In this document: positions 13,111 through 25,095 of the stretch, piece after piece
Numbering within the stretch: position 1 is the first letter of the stretch
Layout: the number at the start of each line of letters is the position of its first letter
Source of the DNA: Phyllobates terribilis
Lineage: Eukaryota
NCBI RefSeq assembly: GCF_046119375.1
Contig: NW_027367423.1
Coordinates: forward strand, 1 to 58,323
DNA length: 58,323 nt
Reading direction: 5' to 3'
Notes under the pieces: generated by a model
What the model was told of the DNA's origin: nothing
What the model saw: only the letters and a program-made list of their open reading frames with translations
Database searches by the model: none
Made by a program: the position numbers and the translations under genes

Positions 13111-13606
13111 GTTTCAACCAGAATAGACCACTAGAGGGCTTGCATTGATAGATTCACAATTTGCGGTTTTGGTTTTGTCCAAACCTAATAATAGTCAATC
13201 CACTTCCAAGCCTCATCTTCCTGTGCCACTTTCAAGCCTCATCTTTGTGGCACACGAGTAGAAACAGTTAACTACAATGAAGTTGAGTTAAGTAAAAAGA
13301 GATGCACGCACATTTTAAATGAAATATTACTGTATTACACTGGTTATCAAGTACAACAAACACTTGAGTTATTTTGCATATGAGGAATCCTGATTACAAG
13401 CGGGTGAAGCATGTCTTTAGAATGACTAATCTGCAAATCACCAAATTAGGAGTGTAAAATGTTAGTAAAGCAACTTGCGCAAGAATTTGTGTGCATACAT
13501 ATACTGAGTTCGTGTTCGTGTACATGACTCAGTGAAAATCACGAAATGTAATTAAGAGAAGGACAAGTACAACGCATTGCTATACATTATCCAAGATGCT
13601 TACCAA

Positions 13607-15871
13607 TTAGAGATTAATTTTCTGAACACCTGGTAACCAATTATCAAAGAACGAGTAACAATCTGCGTCAGCATTCGAGAGGGCGTGAAGAGGGGTCACT
13701 GCTATCTGACAAAATCATTAGTTTAAACAACATTAGCACTTCATATTAACCTGTTCGAAACAAATTTAATCCGAATGAAGTAACATACATAGCCTCGTTT
13801 CACAGCATCACCATCACTACACTCACTACCATTCTCATCAATCTCGTGTCCAATCGCCTTCAAAAATTAACAACAATAATTACTATTATAATACAGTATC
13901 ATAATGCATAAAAACATATTTTATATTACCTTTCTCCTGAATAGTCGTTGACCAGTTGCAGCAGCAGGTACATCTTCTTTAGACATAAATGAGTTAACAT
14001 CATTCGTCATCGTTGATGCCATTTGAATCCCTGAAGTACCATCTGTAACATCCATCCAGTCCATCTTGTAAATACCCTTACCCTGTTTCGTTAGCTTATA
14101 CCCCTGCAATATATATACAAAAGTCAATAATTATAATGCCCCATGTTTTATTATGGACAATTTCCTGCAAAAACTAATCTTTTTTTCCTTTTGTCTTGGA
14201 AACAAAACATAAAAAGCAATAATTAGTCGTAGTAAAAACTTATTAGACCACCTATAATGCTGATACTCCAAGTATCATAAGCCATTTCAAAAAAGGAAAT
14301 TAAAATAATGTGCAAGATCATAAAAAAGATTACACATTTAACTCTATTTTCCACTCATTTATAATTAAAAAATAACCTCAACACTTCAAAATAATCTTGA
14401 AAAAAAAGGAAAAGATATAAAAAGCTAATTATGATACTTCACATTACTATCACCATTGTAGATGTTCTTAGTATTTACCTTGTGATTCTGAACATCTGCT
14501 GGTATATCTATATTCAAGAAGCACGTAGTTGGGAGAGTTTTGTTTTTAATCTCAGAAAGCATAGCGTTTATGATGGGTAGACAGGCCTCCGCAGCTGCTG
14601 GAAATTCGTCCACAGTGCTTTTACCCCCAAACCTAGCAGCTCAAATGGTAAAAAAGATAATAAACTAGATAAAAATCCGTAAAGAATTTATAAGAACAAT
14701 ATTTGGGTATATATATTCCAACCAAAATAAGTGTATCCAGATCAATGAATTCATGCAGAATAGACAAATCTCTTAGCTTCAGTTGAAAGAGCTCAATATC
14801 AAATCGCATTCAGAGATCAGAAAGTTTTTCATACCAGTCATATGATATTGCCATGGATGGTACACCGCTGAAAAAGGCTTCACGCGCACCAGCAACGGTA
14901 CCCGAAAAAACACTGTAATCCATTCACAATAATCATGGTTAGAGGAAGGTTTTTCCCTCTGTAATGCAAGTTTATACAGCAATTTACTTACACATGATAG
15001 CCACAATTGCCTCCCATATTTATTCCACTCAGTACCTACAAGTAAAAACTGTTAGTTATTTTTGTTTCCAGTTTCTAGAATTTGGAGCTTAGTTTGGAGA
15101 AACGAAAATTACCAGATCAGGTGGAGATAAAAACAGAGCTTTTGAGAGTCCTAACGATGTGCAGTCTGCTGGTGTCCCTGTAATTATAAACACAGACGAT
15201 TTACAGAATGGCCAAGTAGAATAATTCAGTTCAATTGTTAAGAAATACAAACCTGAAATTGCGTAGGCTTCTGCTCCGTCTATCTCCACTTTCTTGGCGG
15301 CTATGGGGTGCCGCCATATGATACTGTGACTAACTGCTGATTGTTCCTGTAGAAAGTTGCACTTACCCGTCAACATACATCACAGAAGAAATTAAGACGT
15401 GAACCAGAAGATAATAATGATTCACTTCAATTATTAAGAAATATGTTTTGTTTAGCTCTCGTTGTAACTTGTAAACCTGTACTAGAGGGGGAAAAAAGAT
15501 AAGTGTAGAGGTGAAAAAGCTACGATCCTTTGAGAACCTAATTTTTTTGAACTTTCATTAGCAGAACTCACAATCTGACGCCAAGAAAGAGAAGAATAAA
15601 AGGAAAAGTGTAGGTACACAAAATCCGGAACATTTTGGAAAAACACCTACGGTTAATAAATACAGCAGCATAAACAGCAGATCAGAAATGAAGAGGATAA
15701 TTGCTTGAATTTAAGAAGAAAAGAGAGAAGAGAGTAGGCACTGACTGATCAGGGGCGCAAAACGCGAACATTGTAGCGATTTGTGGAGACGAGAACACGA
15801 ACCAGGGATCGTAACCCTGGGGCATCGATTCCGTCGTCGTTAGTCACCATTATTGTCGGGCGAGCTTCCAT
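13607..15871 (-). pseudogene. SurE-like phosphatase/nucleotidase, copy 2; 9 exons, +1 in exon 1 and -1 at the start of exon 2 as assembled
   Basis: Exons 15871-15746, 15346-15253, 15177-15113, 15035-14992, 14912-14835, 14632-14479, 14103-13930, 13857-13789 and 13705-13607. Same intron positions as copy 1. Motifs [52 protein letters not shown]. Exon 1 is 126 nt (125 in copy 1) and exon 2 is 94 nt (95), which puts an in-frame TGA at 15747-15749. Confidence 0.85.
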
Positions 15872-16044
15872 TTTCTTATCAAAGAATGAGAATGTCGCGA
15901 AGAAAGAATATATTACCACAGTTTGTAGAGTACATACAGAGCTGCAGCTTTACCAATATATATAGTATGTACACGCGATGAGCGCTTATTTTGAAAGAAT
16001 ACGTCTCTTACCAAATTAAACAAATAAGTAATTCTTTATTACTA

Positions 16045-16301
16045 CTCCCTCCGTCCCAAATGTTCTTCCCATTTCAATTTTACTTATTATTCACACTTCT
16101 ACACAATTTTATTGATGTCTCTCTATATATACGGAAAAACATAGTCATGTATGATCTTGTTTTATTCGTCCCAACGAGTAGTTTAACTACATATAATTTT
16201 TTTATTTTTTGATGATATACAATTGGAGATATTTAAGACGCAAAACGCATCTCGGCAATGAGCCAGAAGGAAATGAGAACATCATTTTGGGACAGAGGGA
16301 G
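16045..16301. mobile_element. Stowaway MITE
   Basis: TIRs CTCCCTCCGTCCCAAA / TTTGGGACAGAGGGAG with TA TSD. Confidence 0.9.
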
Positions 16302-16331
16302 TATGAACCAGGAAGAAAGAGAGGAAAAATA

Positions 16332-16614
16332 CTCCCTCCGTCATTTTTATATTATTTTGTTTAATCAAAAACACGGATTTTAAAGAGAAAAATGAAGATT
16401 AATAATTGTGTAGGAAAGAGATAGAGAGAAAGAATAATGATTGAGTATTGAATGAAGATGAAGTAATATTTGGGGAAAAAATTTGTATTGGAAAGAGTGG
16501 AAGTGTATTATAAATTAATAAAATGGTTGAAAAGTAGTTTCTGTAAATAGAAATGGGAAGATAAAAATGGGACACCGGAAAAAGAAAATGAGAAGATAAA
16601 AAGGGACAGAGAAG
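16332..16614. mobile_element. Stowaway MITE
   Basis: CTCCCTCCGTC.. / ..GGGACAGAGAAG with TA flanks. Confidence 0.75.
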
Positions 16615-16674
16615 TAAAAAAAAGAGAAAAAAGAGAGATCAACTTTTAAAAATGTTAAGTTATTATACAAGGAA

Positions 16675-17040
16675 TTACATAAAGTTGGTTGGGAGTCTAG
16701 CAACCAACTACGCTTCTACAACCTTATTCACAACAAAGTTCAATCTATGAAAAATGAAAGAACGCACATTAGCACTAACAATATTGCTCTGAGCAACCCG
16801 AGTGACCCTAGTAAGAAAATCAATAGCATCACTTTCTAATTCTCCAAAGGTAGAGAAAGCAAATACGATAAACTTATAACCATTCTCCATACACTTATCC
16901 TCATACTTCTTCTTTTTCCTAGCGACACCAGAAGAGACAGCAACCCCAGGAACAAAAGCGGGAACCCCTACCCCCGTAAAGGGGGAAACGCCAGTAACGT
17001 CCAAACAAACGTCCTTCCCATTGTTACTCAACATCAACCT
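16675..17040 (-). mobile_element. 3' end of a non-LTR retroelement with a restriction-like endonuclease (RLE) C-terminus (CRE/R2-type)
   Basis: GKDVCLDVTGVSPF...KKKKYEDKC...GYKFIVFAFSTFGEL...FIFHRL...EA*LVARLPTNFM*. The premature TAG at 16708-16710 is probably a mutated CAG. Confidence 0.6.
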
Positions 17041-17049
17041 CTTTTCTCA

Positions 17050-18105
17050 ACTTCAATAATGGACAATATTTGGCGTCTTCGAATTCCTCCAAAAATTCAA
17101 ACATTCATTTGGAAGGCTCTGTCTGATTATCTCTCAACGACAGGAAGAATAAACCGATTTATAATCATCATCCCTTTAGAATGCTCCCTTTACGGAGCCC
17201 CTTCCGAAAATAACCTATCATCTATTTTTTTGAGTGCCCTTTCACTTTAACAAAACAAGGCCCGGATATACTTACACAATTGCTTGCTCCTCAAGTTTTC
17301 ATGATGATCTACCATCTTTTCTAGTGAATAATAAAAATCGGAACAAATGTGTTTCTTATGGTACTATATCTGGTTATATCACAATAACAACATTTTTAGA
17401 ATGATAACTCATCTCACATCCTCGTTGATATGGCTTTCTTCCAATATGTAAATTGGGACTCAATCCTAAAATCTGAATGTACAAAACCGCCTCACATTGT
17501 TAAAAACGCTTGAATAGAAAAAACATTAGATAGATAAGACATCCTCTAGGATGAACTAAGGTCAACTTTGATGCTTCAATTACTCCACGGGGGAATGCGA
17601 TCATTGCATTTATAGTTAGAAACTCAGGTGGTAAAATTTTGTTCCTTGCCCAGAAAGCAATCACATGTACAACACTTCAAGGAGAAGCCTTGGCAGCTTT
17701 GTATGACATCAAGGAAGCAGCTCACATTACTAAAGTTAATATTGTTCTTGAAAGCGATAATCTTTCCTTGATTAACACAATAAAGGACATTTGACACGTA
17801 CTTTGGCAGATCTCTACTATTGTATCTGACATCAAGCAATCACTTTTATTGTTTACATGATACAAAATATTCCACTGCTACCATGAGGCAAACAAGGGAG
17901 CGGATTTGTTAGCCTCTTCTGAGTGTGAATCAACTGACATTTACATCCAAGATCAAGTTCAGAATTCATCATCTATACCTGACTTCCATGTCAGGATGAC
18001 GAGGCACAAACTCGCTGATTTCACGGCTGCAAACTGTTATTTTCTTGTAAAAAAATTTAACGTCATCTGAAGCGATGACGTGGGGTGGCCTCCGCCGCAA
18101 GAAGG
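17050..18105 (+). mobile_element. 5'-truncated, decayed L1 LINE (zf-RVT, RNase H-like domain, C-terminal tail)
   Basis: IWRLRIPPKIQTFIWKA (zf-RVT), KVNFDAS..IVRNSGG, N-I-V-L-E-S-D-N and HCYHEAN..AD motifs, broken by stops and frameshifts. Confidence 0.8.
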
Positions 18106-19738
18106 GATCCCAATTTTAGCCTTGTATAAAAAAATAAGATTACATATATTTAACAAAAAAAAGTAATATTACATATATTTAAGGTTTCTAATACTTATAT
18201 AAGAGTTACAAATATTAATGCATAAGACAATTCTAGGATTACATAGACTCATCTAATGTTTATCCATATAATGATATACATAATATTATAACATTTTATG
18301 TTTGCCATTTTTTTTATAGGGTTCTTAATAGAATTTTATGAAGAGATTTCTAAATCCTAAGAAAAATAATAAACTTATCAAAATAATAATAATAATAAAT
18401 TAGAAAATTTTAGTTATTTGAATGAAGAATACAACGAATTTAACTATCACTGATATATTAAAATTCCCATGTTGAAATCATCTTGTTAATTTTAGGGAAT
18501 TTTTTCTTAGATATATTTTTTATTAGATCCACTATTATCTCTCCTCCTCCTATTGGCCTAGTCTTTCCTTTCTTCTAATTATTGGATTTTAAAAAGATCT
18601 CATATTTTTAAAAACAAATTATTAAGGTATTTACAATTTAATCTAATTAATAATCTGATTTAAATGATTCTTATAAAACTTACTTAATAGTTATTATATT
18701 AGCAAATCCTTTTTTAAACTTAGATTTTTTATTTTTAAAATTAGTTACTATACTAACATAGATTTAAACATTTAATTAATTTTTTATACAATATATTTTC
18801 CCCCAAAAATAAAACCCTACAAAGTGCATTTCATGATTTTTTTAATTAATATGTTAAATTGAGTCCATTATTCTGATACTTTTTTATAAAAAAAAACTTT
18901 TTAGTAAACAAAATATTTTATATTAACAAATTTCTATTGATACTAACTATATAAAAACAACAAAAGTTTAACTACATAAATGAAAGTTAAAGGGTGAACT
19001 TTATTATTACGACTCACAATCTATTCAAAATCTAAATGACCGCACTTGGATTTCCTACATTATTATGATTATATTTAACATATTTTAAATTAGAGTAGTT
19101 TTGTTCATCATTTTTACTATTTTTACGGTAATTCTTCTTGACGCACTTTTTTGCTTTCTAACGCAGTAGAGGAATCGGCGGTTCCTCGTACTTAGAAACC
19201 GCCAGTTACTGTCTACAGAAAACCGCCGGTATGTGATTGAATCCAACCGCCGGTAGATCTAAAGGGGGAACCGCCGGTTGTCGTCTAGAGAGAACCGCCG
19301 GTTATGGGCTGTTAGAAACTCTCGGTTCATTGTAAATGCCAATTGGAATAGGATAAATCACTTTTAATTACTTTTTTACAAAATATAACACATATGTAGT
19401 CCTTTTAATTAAATTTTGACAAAAAAATATTTTTACAAGCCTGTATAGTAAGATAAGTAACTATTTCATTTGGACAAAAACTAGTATGTTTTACAAGCCT
19501 ATAACCATTTTTCAATTCATTAAGGTGGATATTGATGAGGTTTGTGAAATGGATATATCATAGTTAAAATAAAGAAACAATACATATAACTAAAACGAGC
19601 AAATACAACACTTATTGTCAACAACAGTCAAAACATACACCAAATCCAAAACATACACCAAATCCAAAACATACACCAAATCCAAAACACAAAACCGAAA
19701 TTCAAAACATAAACATATACGAAATAACTTCATGCTCA

Positions 19739-22090
19739 TCAATGGTTTGACTGGTTGTAGAAAGGGCGAAACTCATCAACTGACTTCCTTACTGCCTCAT
19801 ATACCTCATCTACCCGCTCATATGGTGGTTGATCATCGTAAAATGGTAGAATGTACTCGTGTACTCGGCTGGCACTCTGCTTGACAAGTATAAATATATA
19901 GGATCTAGTTGAATAAATAAAAATTAAAAATCGCAATTTAAGAGTGAAAATTCATATTATTACCTGGTATGATCTCACATCGGGAGAAGTAATGTAAGAG
20001 TGCATCCTTTGTAAGAACCAAGACATGTAAGGCTCCTCGGACTCCCATGGCACATTAGCGGCAACACCTAATTCCTCGATGGATAAGGTATGCCATCCTT
20101 GAGAACTCCATATCCAATACCCTTGGTCATAGTCCACCTTGTATGCCAATGTCTTGGGTAGTCTATGAGCTCTAATAGGATCAATCACCGGCTTTGGGAT
20201 CCGTTGCGTACGCCCAAATTGACTCACCACCCGGTATGGCATGTACGGATCTGTGTGGTGCAGCAATGTCAGGACCCCATGGAATAGGGAGGGACGTAAT
20301 GCCGTGTTATTGAAGTCAAGCTGACCGTACGTCATCCAATCAACCTACGCATAACATACAAATTAAATTAATTTAGCATTAAGTGTGATTAATAAGGTAA
20401 TAATTGGAGGAGAAGAATGTACTTACATCACGAGCGGTCATCCTGTCGAGGATTGCTCGATACCCCCCTACTACTGACGGTCTCTCAGGATGGTACCATT
20501 TAGATGCCCATGGCTTTGGAGCATCCTGGCTCCATCCGGGTGATTGAAGAGGCCTGAACTGTGGAAAGTACTGATATATCCAAGCCTGGTATTATGGTCA
20601 AAAACAATTGAAAATTCATACATGGTCATAAGCATTTGTGAAATGAATATAATGTTTTGAAATAGAGTTTACCTGTAGAAGAGTATAGCACATCGATACT
20701 TGTCGACATCCAGTCCGTGTACACTCGCCCAAGAACCGGTACAAGTGGCATAGGATGCCTGTCCTCCAAGCTAATTTGTCAACCTTATCGAGAGGGTTGA
20801 CGTACTCGAAATACTTGAGATCGATCTTCTTTGATGACTTGTCAGGAAATATCGTCGTCGACATCAAGAAAATCAAATACGCCGTTGCCCTATCGGTTAA
20901 AGTCCACTTATGCACCTTCGACACGTCCTTCATCATGTCGAGAAATTTATCGGACCAAATCATCCCCGACGGTGCAAGCTCTGGATCTATATTAAAGTAC
21001 TCCAAAGCCTGTTGTACCAGGTAATCGTGCCTAGCCTTGTAGGTCCCTAAAAGCTTGAGTTGTAAACTGAATGCCATGCTATTACCAAATATGGGCACAT
21101 CCAGATTGAGATGAACGTCATGGAGAGTGACCGTCATCTCTCCAAATGGCAAGTGGAACGAGCTCGTCTCCGGTTGCCAACGTTCGATGAACGCCTCTAT
21201 CAACTTTATGTTGATATCTGTATACATCAAATCCGGTACGTGCCCAAAACAAGACCCGTAGACAAATCCCCCCATAATTTCTTCTTCGACAATTTCCATT
21301 TCAGGAGCATGTGTATTCGACGTTCAAAAGTCATAGTTTGTCTCTCCTACAATCACACATAATTATAAAAATAACTAATATAAATTCAATGACAATAGAA
21401 GGATTTAGAAAATTACCTTGTTACGATATATGTCGTAAGCTACATGATTCTCAAACCCTATTAGCAATTCCGGGTTCGTTGGTCCTCCGTCCACCCCTTG
21501 TAATAACTTAGGGATATATTGTTCATTTGCTCTTCTTGGTCGCGCCCGAGACGAAGAAGCTTCCCTAGTATCCTCCTCTGCTCTCTCCTCAACCGGTGGT
21601 TCCTCCCTTTCATCCGGTCTCTCCGTCTCCCTTTCTGCTTCTTCACTTCCATGTACCCTATCCTCCTCCCTCTCAGCATGATCTTCTGGATCAACCTGTC
21701 CTCATTCAGAAATAGTAAAATGCATAAGTGAGTAGTTTTGAATACATTTACGTCATGATATAAAAGTTATCATTTGTCTTACCTCTGTAATACGAATACT
21801 GGAAGATGTGCCTGTTGGGTTGAGTAAATCAAAAGGCACTGAGTAATGATCGCCAGACTGTGAGACAAACTGTGGATTGGGAGATGAATACATGGGATGA
21901 GGAGGGTAAGGGATTTGATGCTGGAAAGTGGGAGAAGGATAAGATGATTGACTCGAATAGTACTGTGGAGGGGGCGGGTAGTACTGTGGAGGAGGCGGGT
22001 AGTATTACGGAGGGGGGGGGGGTAAAAGTGGCCTGGAGGAGACTGGTAATGATCCAGGCGGTGGAGTCTGGGGAGTGCATTTTGAGGCTA
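19739..22090 (-). pseudogene. Plant mobile domain (PMD, aminotransferase-like) gene of MULE-1
   Basis: LIEAFIERWQPETSSFHLPFGEMTVTLHDVH, FPDKS, AWRTGILCHLYRFLG and PYMPYRVVSQFGRTQRIP. The spliced upstream exons are acidic and Pro/Ser-rich; frameshifted. Confidence 0.8.
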
Positions 22091-23325
22091 TCAAATGAGT
22101 ATGATAAGGGAGTAGACCCCAAGTGCGACAGGAAATGCAGCTGTATGATTAGGAGCAGGGATGGCCTACCATGTGTGCACGAAATGGCTCCATATGTAAG
22201 GAATGAAATACCATTACCTCTTTCAAGTGTGCATCCATTCTGGAGGACTCTTAGCCTGCAACAAGATCCTTTAGATATTGATGTACTACAAGTCAGACGA
22301 GATGTGTACAAGAGCAAGATGGATGAGTTCGCGCACAATGATTTCAACAAACTATCTCTCGAAGAACAAACCAAGTGTCTATACGAGATGAATAGGATTG
22401 CACACCCTGAACAAACTGATGTGCATGACTTTGCAAATGTCAAACACAAAGGTAGACCTTCGGGTGCAAGAAATAAAGCAAAACCACCTCCACCACCATT
22501 CGGCGTGACCAAGAGAGTGCCATCTCACTGGGAGCATGTTGAAGAAGAAGTTGAGGATATGGGCACACCTCCCAAGAAGCAAAGGAACACACATAAGAAG
22601 ACGGTCTCGGAGGAAGTTCCTTCACATTTCCCTAACCATCTAAGAGTTCCCAAATTACAAACTTCCAAGACGTATTTCAGGTACTTGCCGAAGTTTTTGA
22701 TACAACATATAGTGGGGTGGTATGAAATTGTATCTGATGGAAATTGTGGCTATCGAGCTATAGCATTTAGTATGGGTGACTCAGAAGAGAGTTGGGTGAA
22801 CATAAGAGAGCTCATGATGTTTACAACCAAGACAGAATGGGATGTCTTAGAAAGGACGATGACATCACCTGGTACTATGCATGCTATGCTATTGAAGCTT
22901 CATTTCTTAGATCGGGATTGCTTTGCCCCCAACTTGGTTCGAAGTTCCAGATATGGGTATAATTGCAGCAACTGCTCTTAACATGATATTAGTAATCTTT
23001 AATAAGGGTGACAGCTCTACATACCCACCAATTAGGGCAAGGCCAGATTATGTGCAAGGACAAATTCTCCAAATCGTATGCCTTGGGCACGTGAAAGAAG
23101 AAAATCATTGGATTGCGGTAATATTAACATTCTAAATTGGTACATTTTTTCATTCACGATTAAATATCCTAATTGGCTATATTTCAGGTTCTTCTTGACG
23201 ACGAGTGCCCATTGCCCCCAATTACTTGCATGTGGGGATATCATCGCGAAGAATCGGCTTTACAGTTGATCGCTCCATATATGTCTCGTCTTCAATCTTA
23301 CATTGATAAACTTCATGCACATTAA
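22090..23325 (+). pseudogene. C-terminal half of a MuDR-type transposase (SWIM zinc finger + OTU-like domain) of MULE-1
   Basis: CSCMIRSRDGLPCVH (SWIM), KGRPSG, SDGNCGYRAIA and, after a frameshift near 22925, EENHWIAV; the last exon ends at TAA 23323-23325. The DDE core is absent. Confidence 0.8.
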
Positions 23326-25095
23326 ATTCAATGTAATTTTTTGTAAAATTTTTAGTAATAAAATCAATTACTTTGTTGCCAAAAAAGTGTTATATAAAAT
23401 CAAAATATACCGAAACATGGTGATTGACCTTAACATTCATCTCAATTTACTATGTAGTTAATAAAAATGACTAATAAACTTATTGAAAAATGTTAGTGTT
23501 ATAGGTAAATTACATTGCTCTATATATGGTTAAACGAGAGATGAAACCACATCGATATCATCTTGATAATGCTATAGGCTAGCAAACATTTTATTTTTTG
23601 TTAAAATATAGTATAAAAGACTATATATGTCTTATATATTGTAATAAACTTATTGAAAATTGAGAAAGTGAGGCCAATTGGAATATAAGAGGAACCGGCG
23701 GTTTCTGAAGCATGAAAACCGGCAGTTCCCAGGGTGCGATAACCGGCGGTTCCTAGGGTGGCATAACCGGCGGTTTGTGATGCTCAATAACCGGCGGTTG
23801 GTGGTGTGTAGTAACCGTCGGTTTCTTACCTGCGTTAAAAAGTAAAAAAAAAGCTGCGTTATTTAGTAACACCCTATTTTTATTAATAATTATTCACAAT
23901 TACATCAAGATTTCATCACTAAAGCAAATCTCATTTTTTAAAAATAAATTTCATAGATATGTTATAACAATTATATCTAATTAAGATAAATATAACGCGT
24001 TCTATATCTATAGCTTGTATATTTTTTTGGAAAGGATATAGCTTGTATATTTAAGTGCATGTATGAGACATATGTTAATTAAATTTAAAACAGAGGAATA
24101 AAAGTTCTCAACTCTAAAATTGTTTTTACAACATTTTTTGAAATTCAACTTGACAACTGTTTTTATTGACAAACCCCATTTGCATCCTTGTATGTTCTTC
24201 CATTCCGTCTTTTCAATTTTGAATGCATATAGACTACGCACATGACATGACATAGATAGTTAGATACAGTTCATAAATATCAACATTAGGTATTTAGGTA
24301 GAGCACGGCTATACTTTCAATTTATTTTATTGGATTAGTGAATAATCGAAGAAACCTCAATTTGTAAGTCTGAATTTGACCTCCACGTTCAAATCAAATA
24401 AAGAGAAGACATGACAATAAAATTGTAACAATTATGAAGCAAAAATATACCAACAAATATAAGTTGACATGAGGTAAAATGGATAAAATAAACTCCCTTT
24501 ATATACAAATACGTGTCATTTTAAATTAATTTTCTTATATATAAATACATGTCATTTTATTAACGTTTTCTTACTTTTATTATATTTATCTCTATACAAT
24601 TATTAGATTAAATCTATTTTATTTCTCTTTTTACTTTTCCAATACACTTTATTAGGATTATTTACAGAAGTAACATTCTACCTTAATTTGTATGAATTTT
24701 TGTCTAAAGAAATATATTTGTATCAGGATGGAGTAAAATACAATGACAGATAAATTTAAAGAAATTATGAAAATACTAAGAAAATGGGATAAAGAAAATA
24801 ATAGCATGAGACATAAACCATATTAAAAATTCCCAGCGTCATGTCATGTTTGACTAGCTGGATTGTAAAGACTGAGCAATATACATCTCATAACTTGTTT
24901 GAAGCAGACAATATTGAGCATATGATATATCGCCCCCTCTCTTTGAAGGCAATACCTACCACCTAATTAGAAATAGTTTAGATCAAGATCACAAGTACTT
25001 GCACATAAAAAATGTCGTTACATATACATATAAAATCAAACAGATAAGAGGAGATGGTGTTGTTGATGAATCTGAATAAATTTGTACATCAAGAT

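Larger units (their letters stand above)
19126..23873. mobile_element. Mutator-like element (MULE-1), internally deleted
   Basis: Imperfect long TIRs carrying AACGCAG and AACCG(C/G)CGGTT repeats; 9-bp TSD CTATTTTTA (19117-19125 and 23874-23882); carries PMD and transposase remnants. Confidence 0.85.

Noticed and set aside
19615-19884. ORF with an SKTYTK repeat
   Set aside because: It reflects an 18-bp tandem repeat (AAAACATACACCAAATCC x3) antisense to the PMD 3' end.
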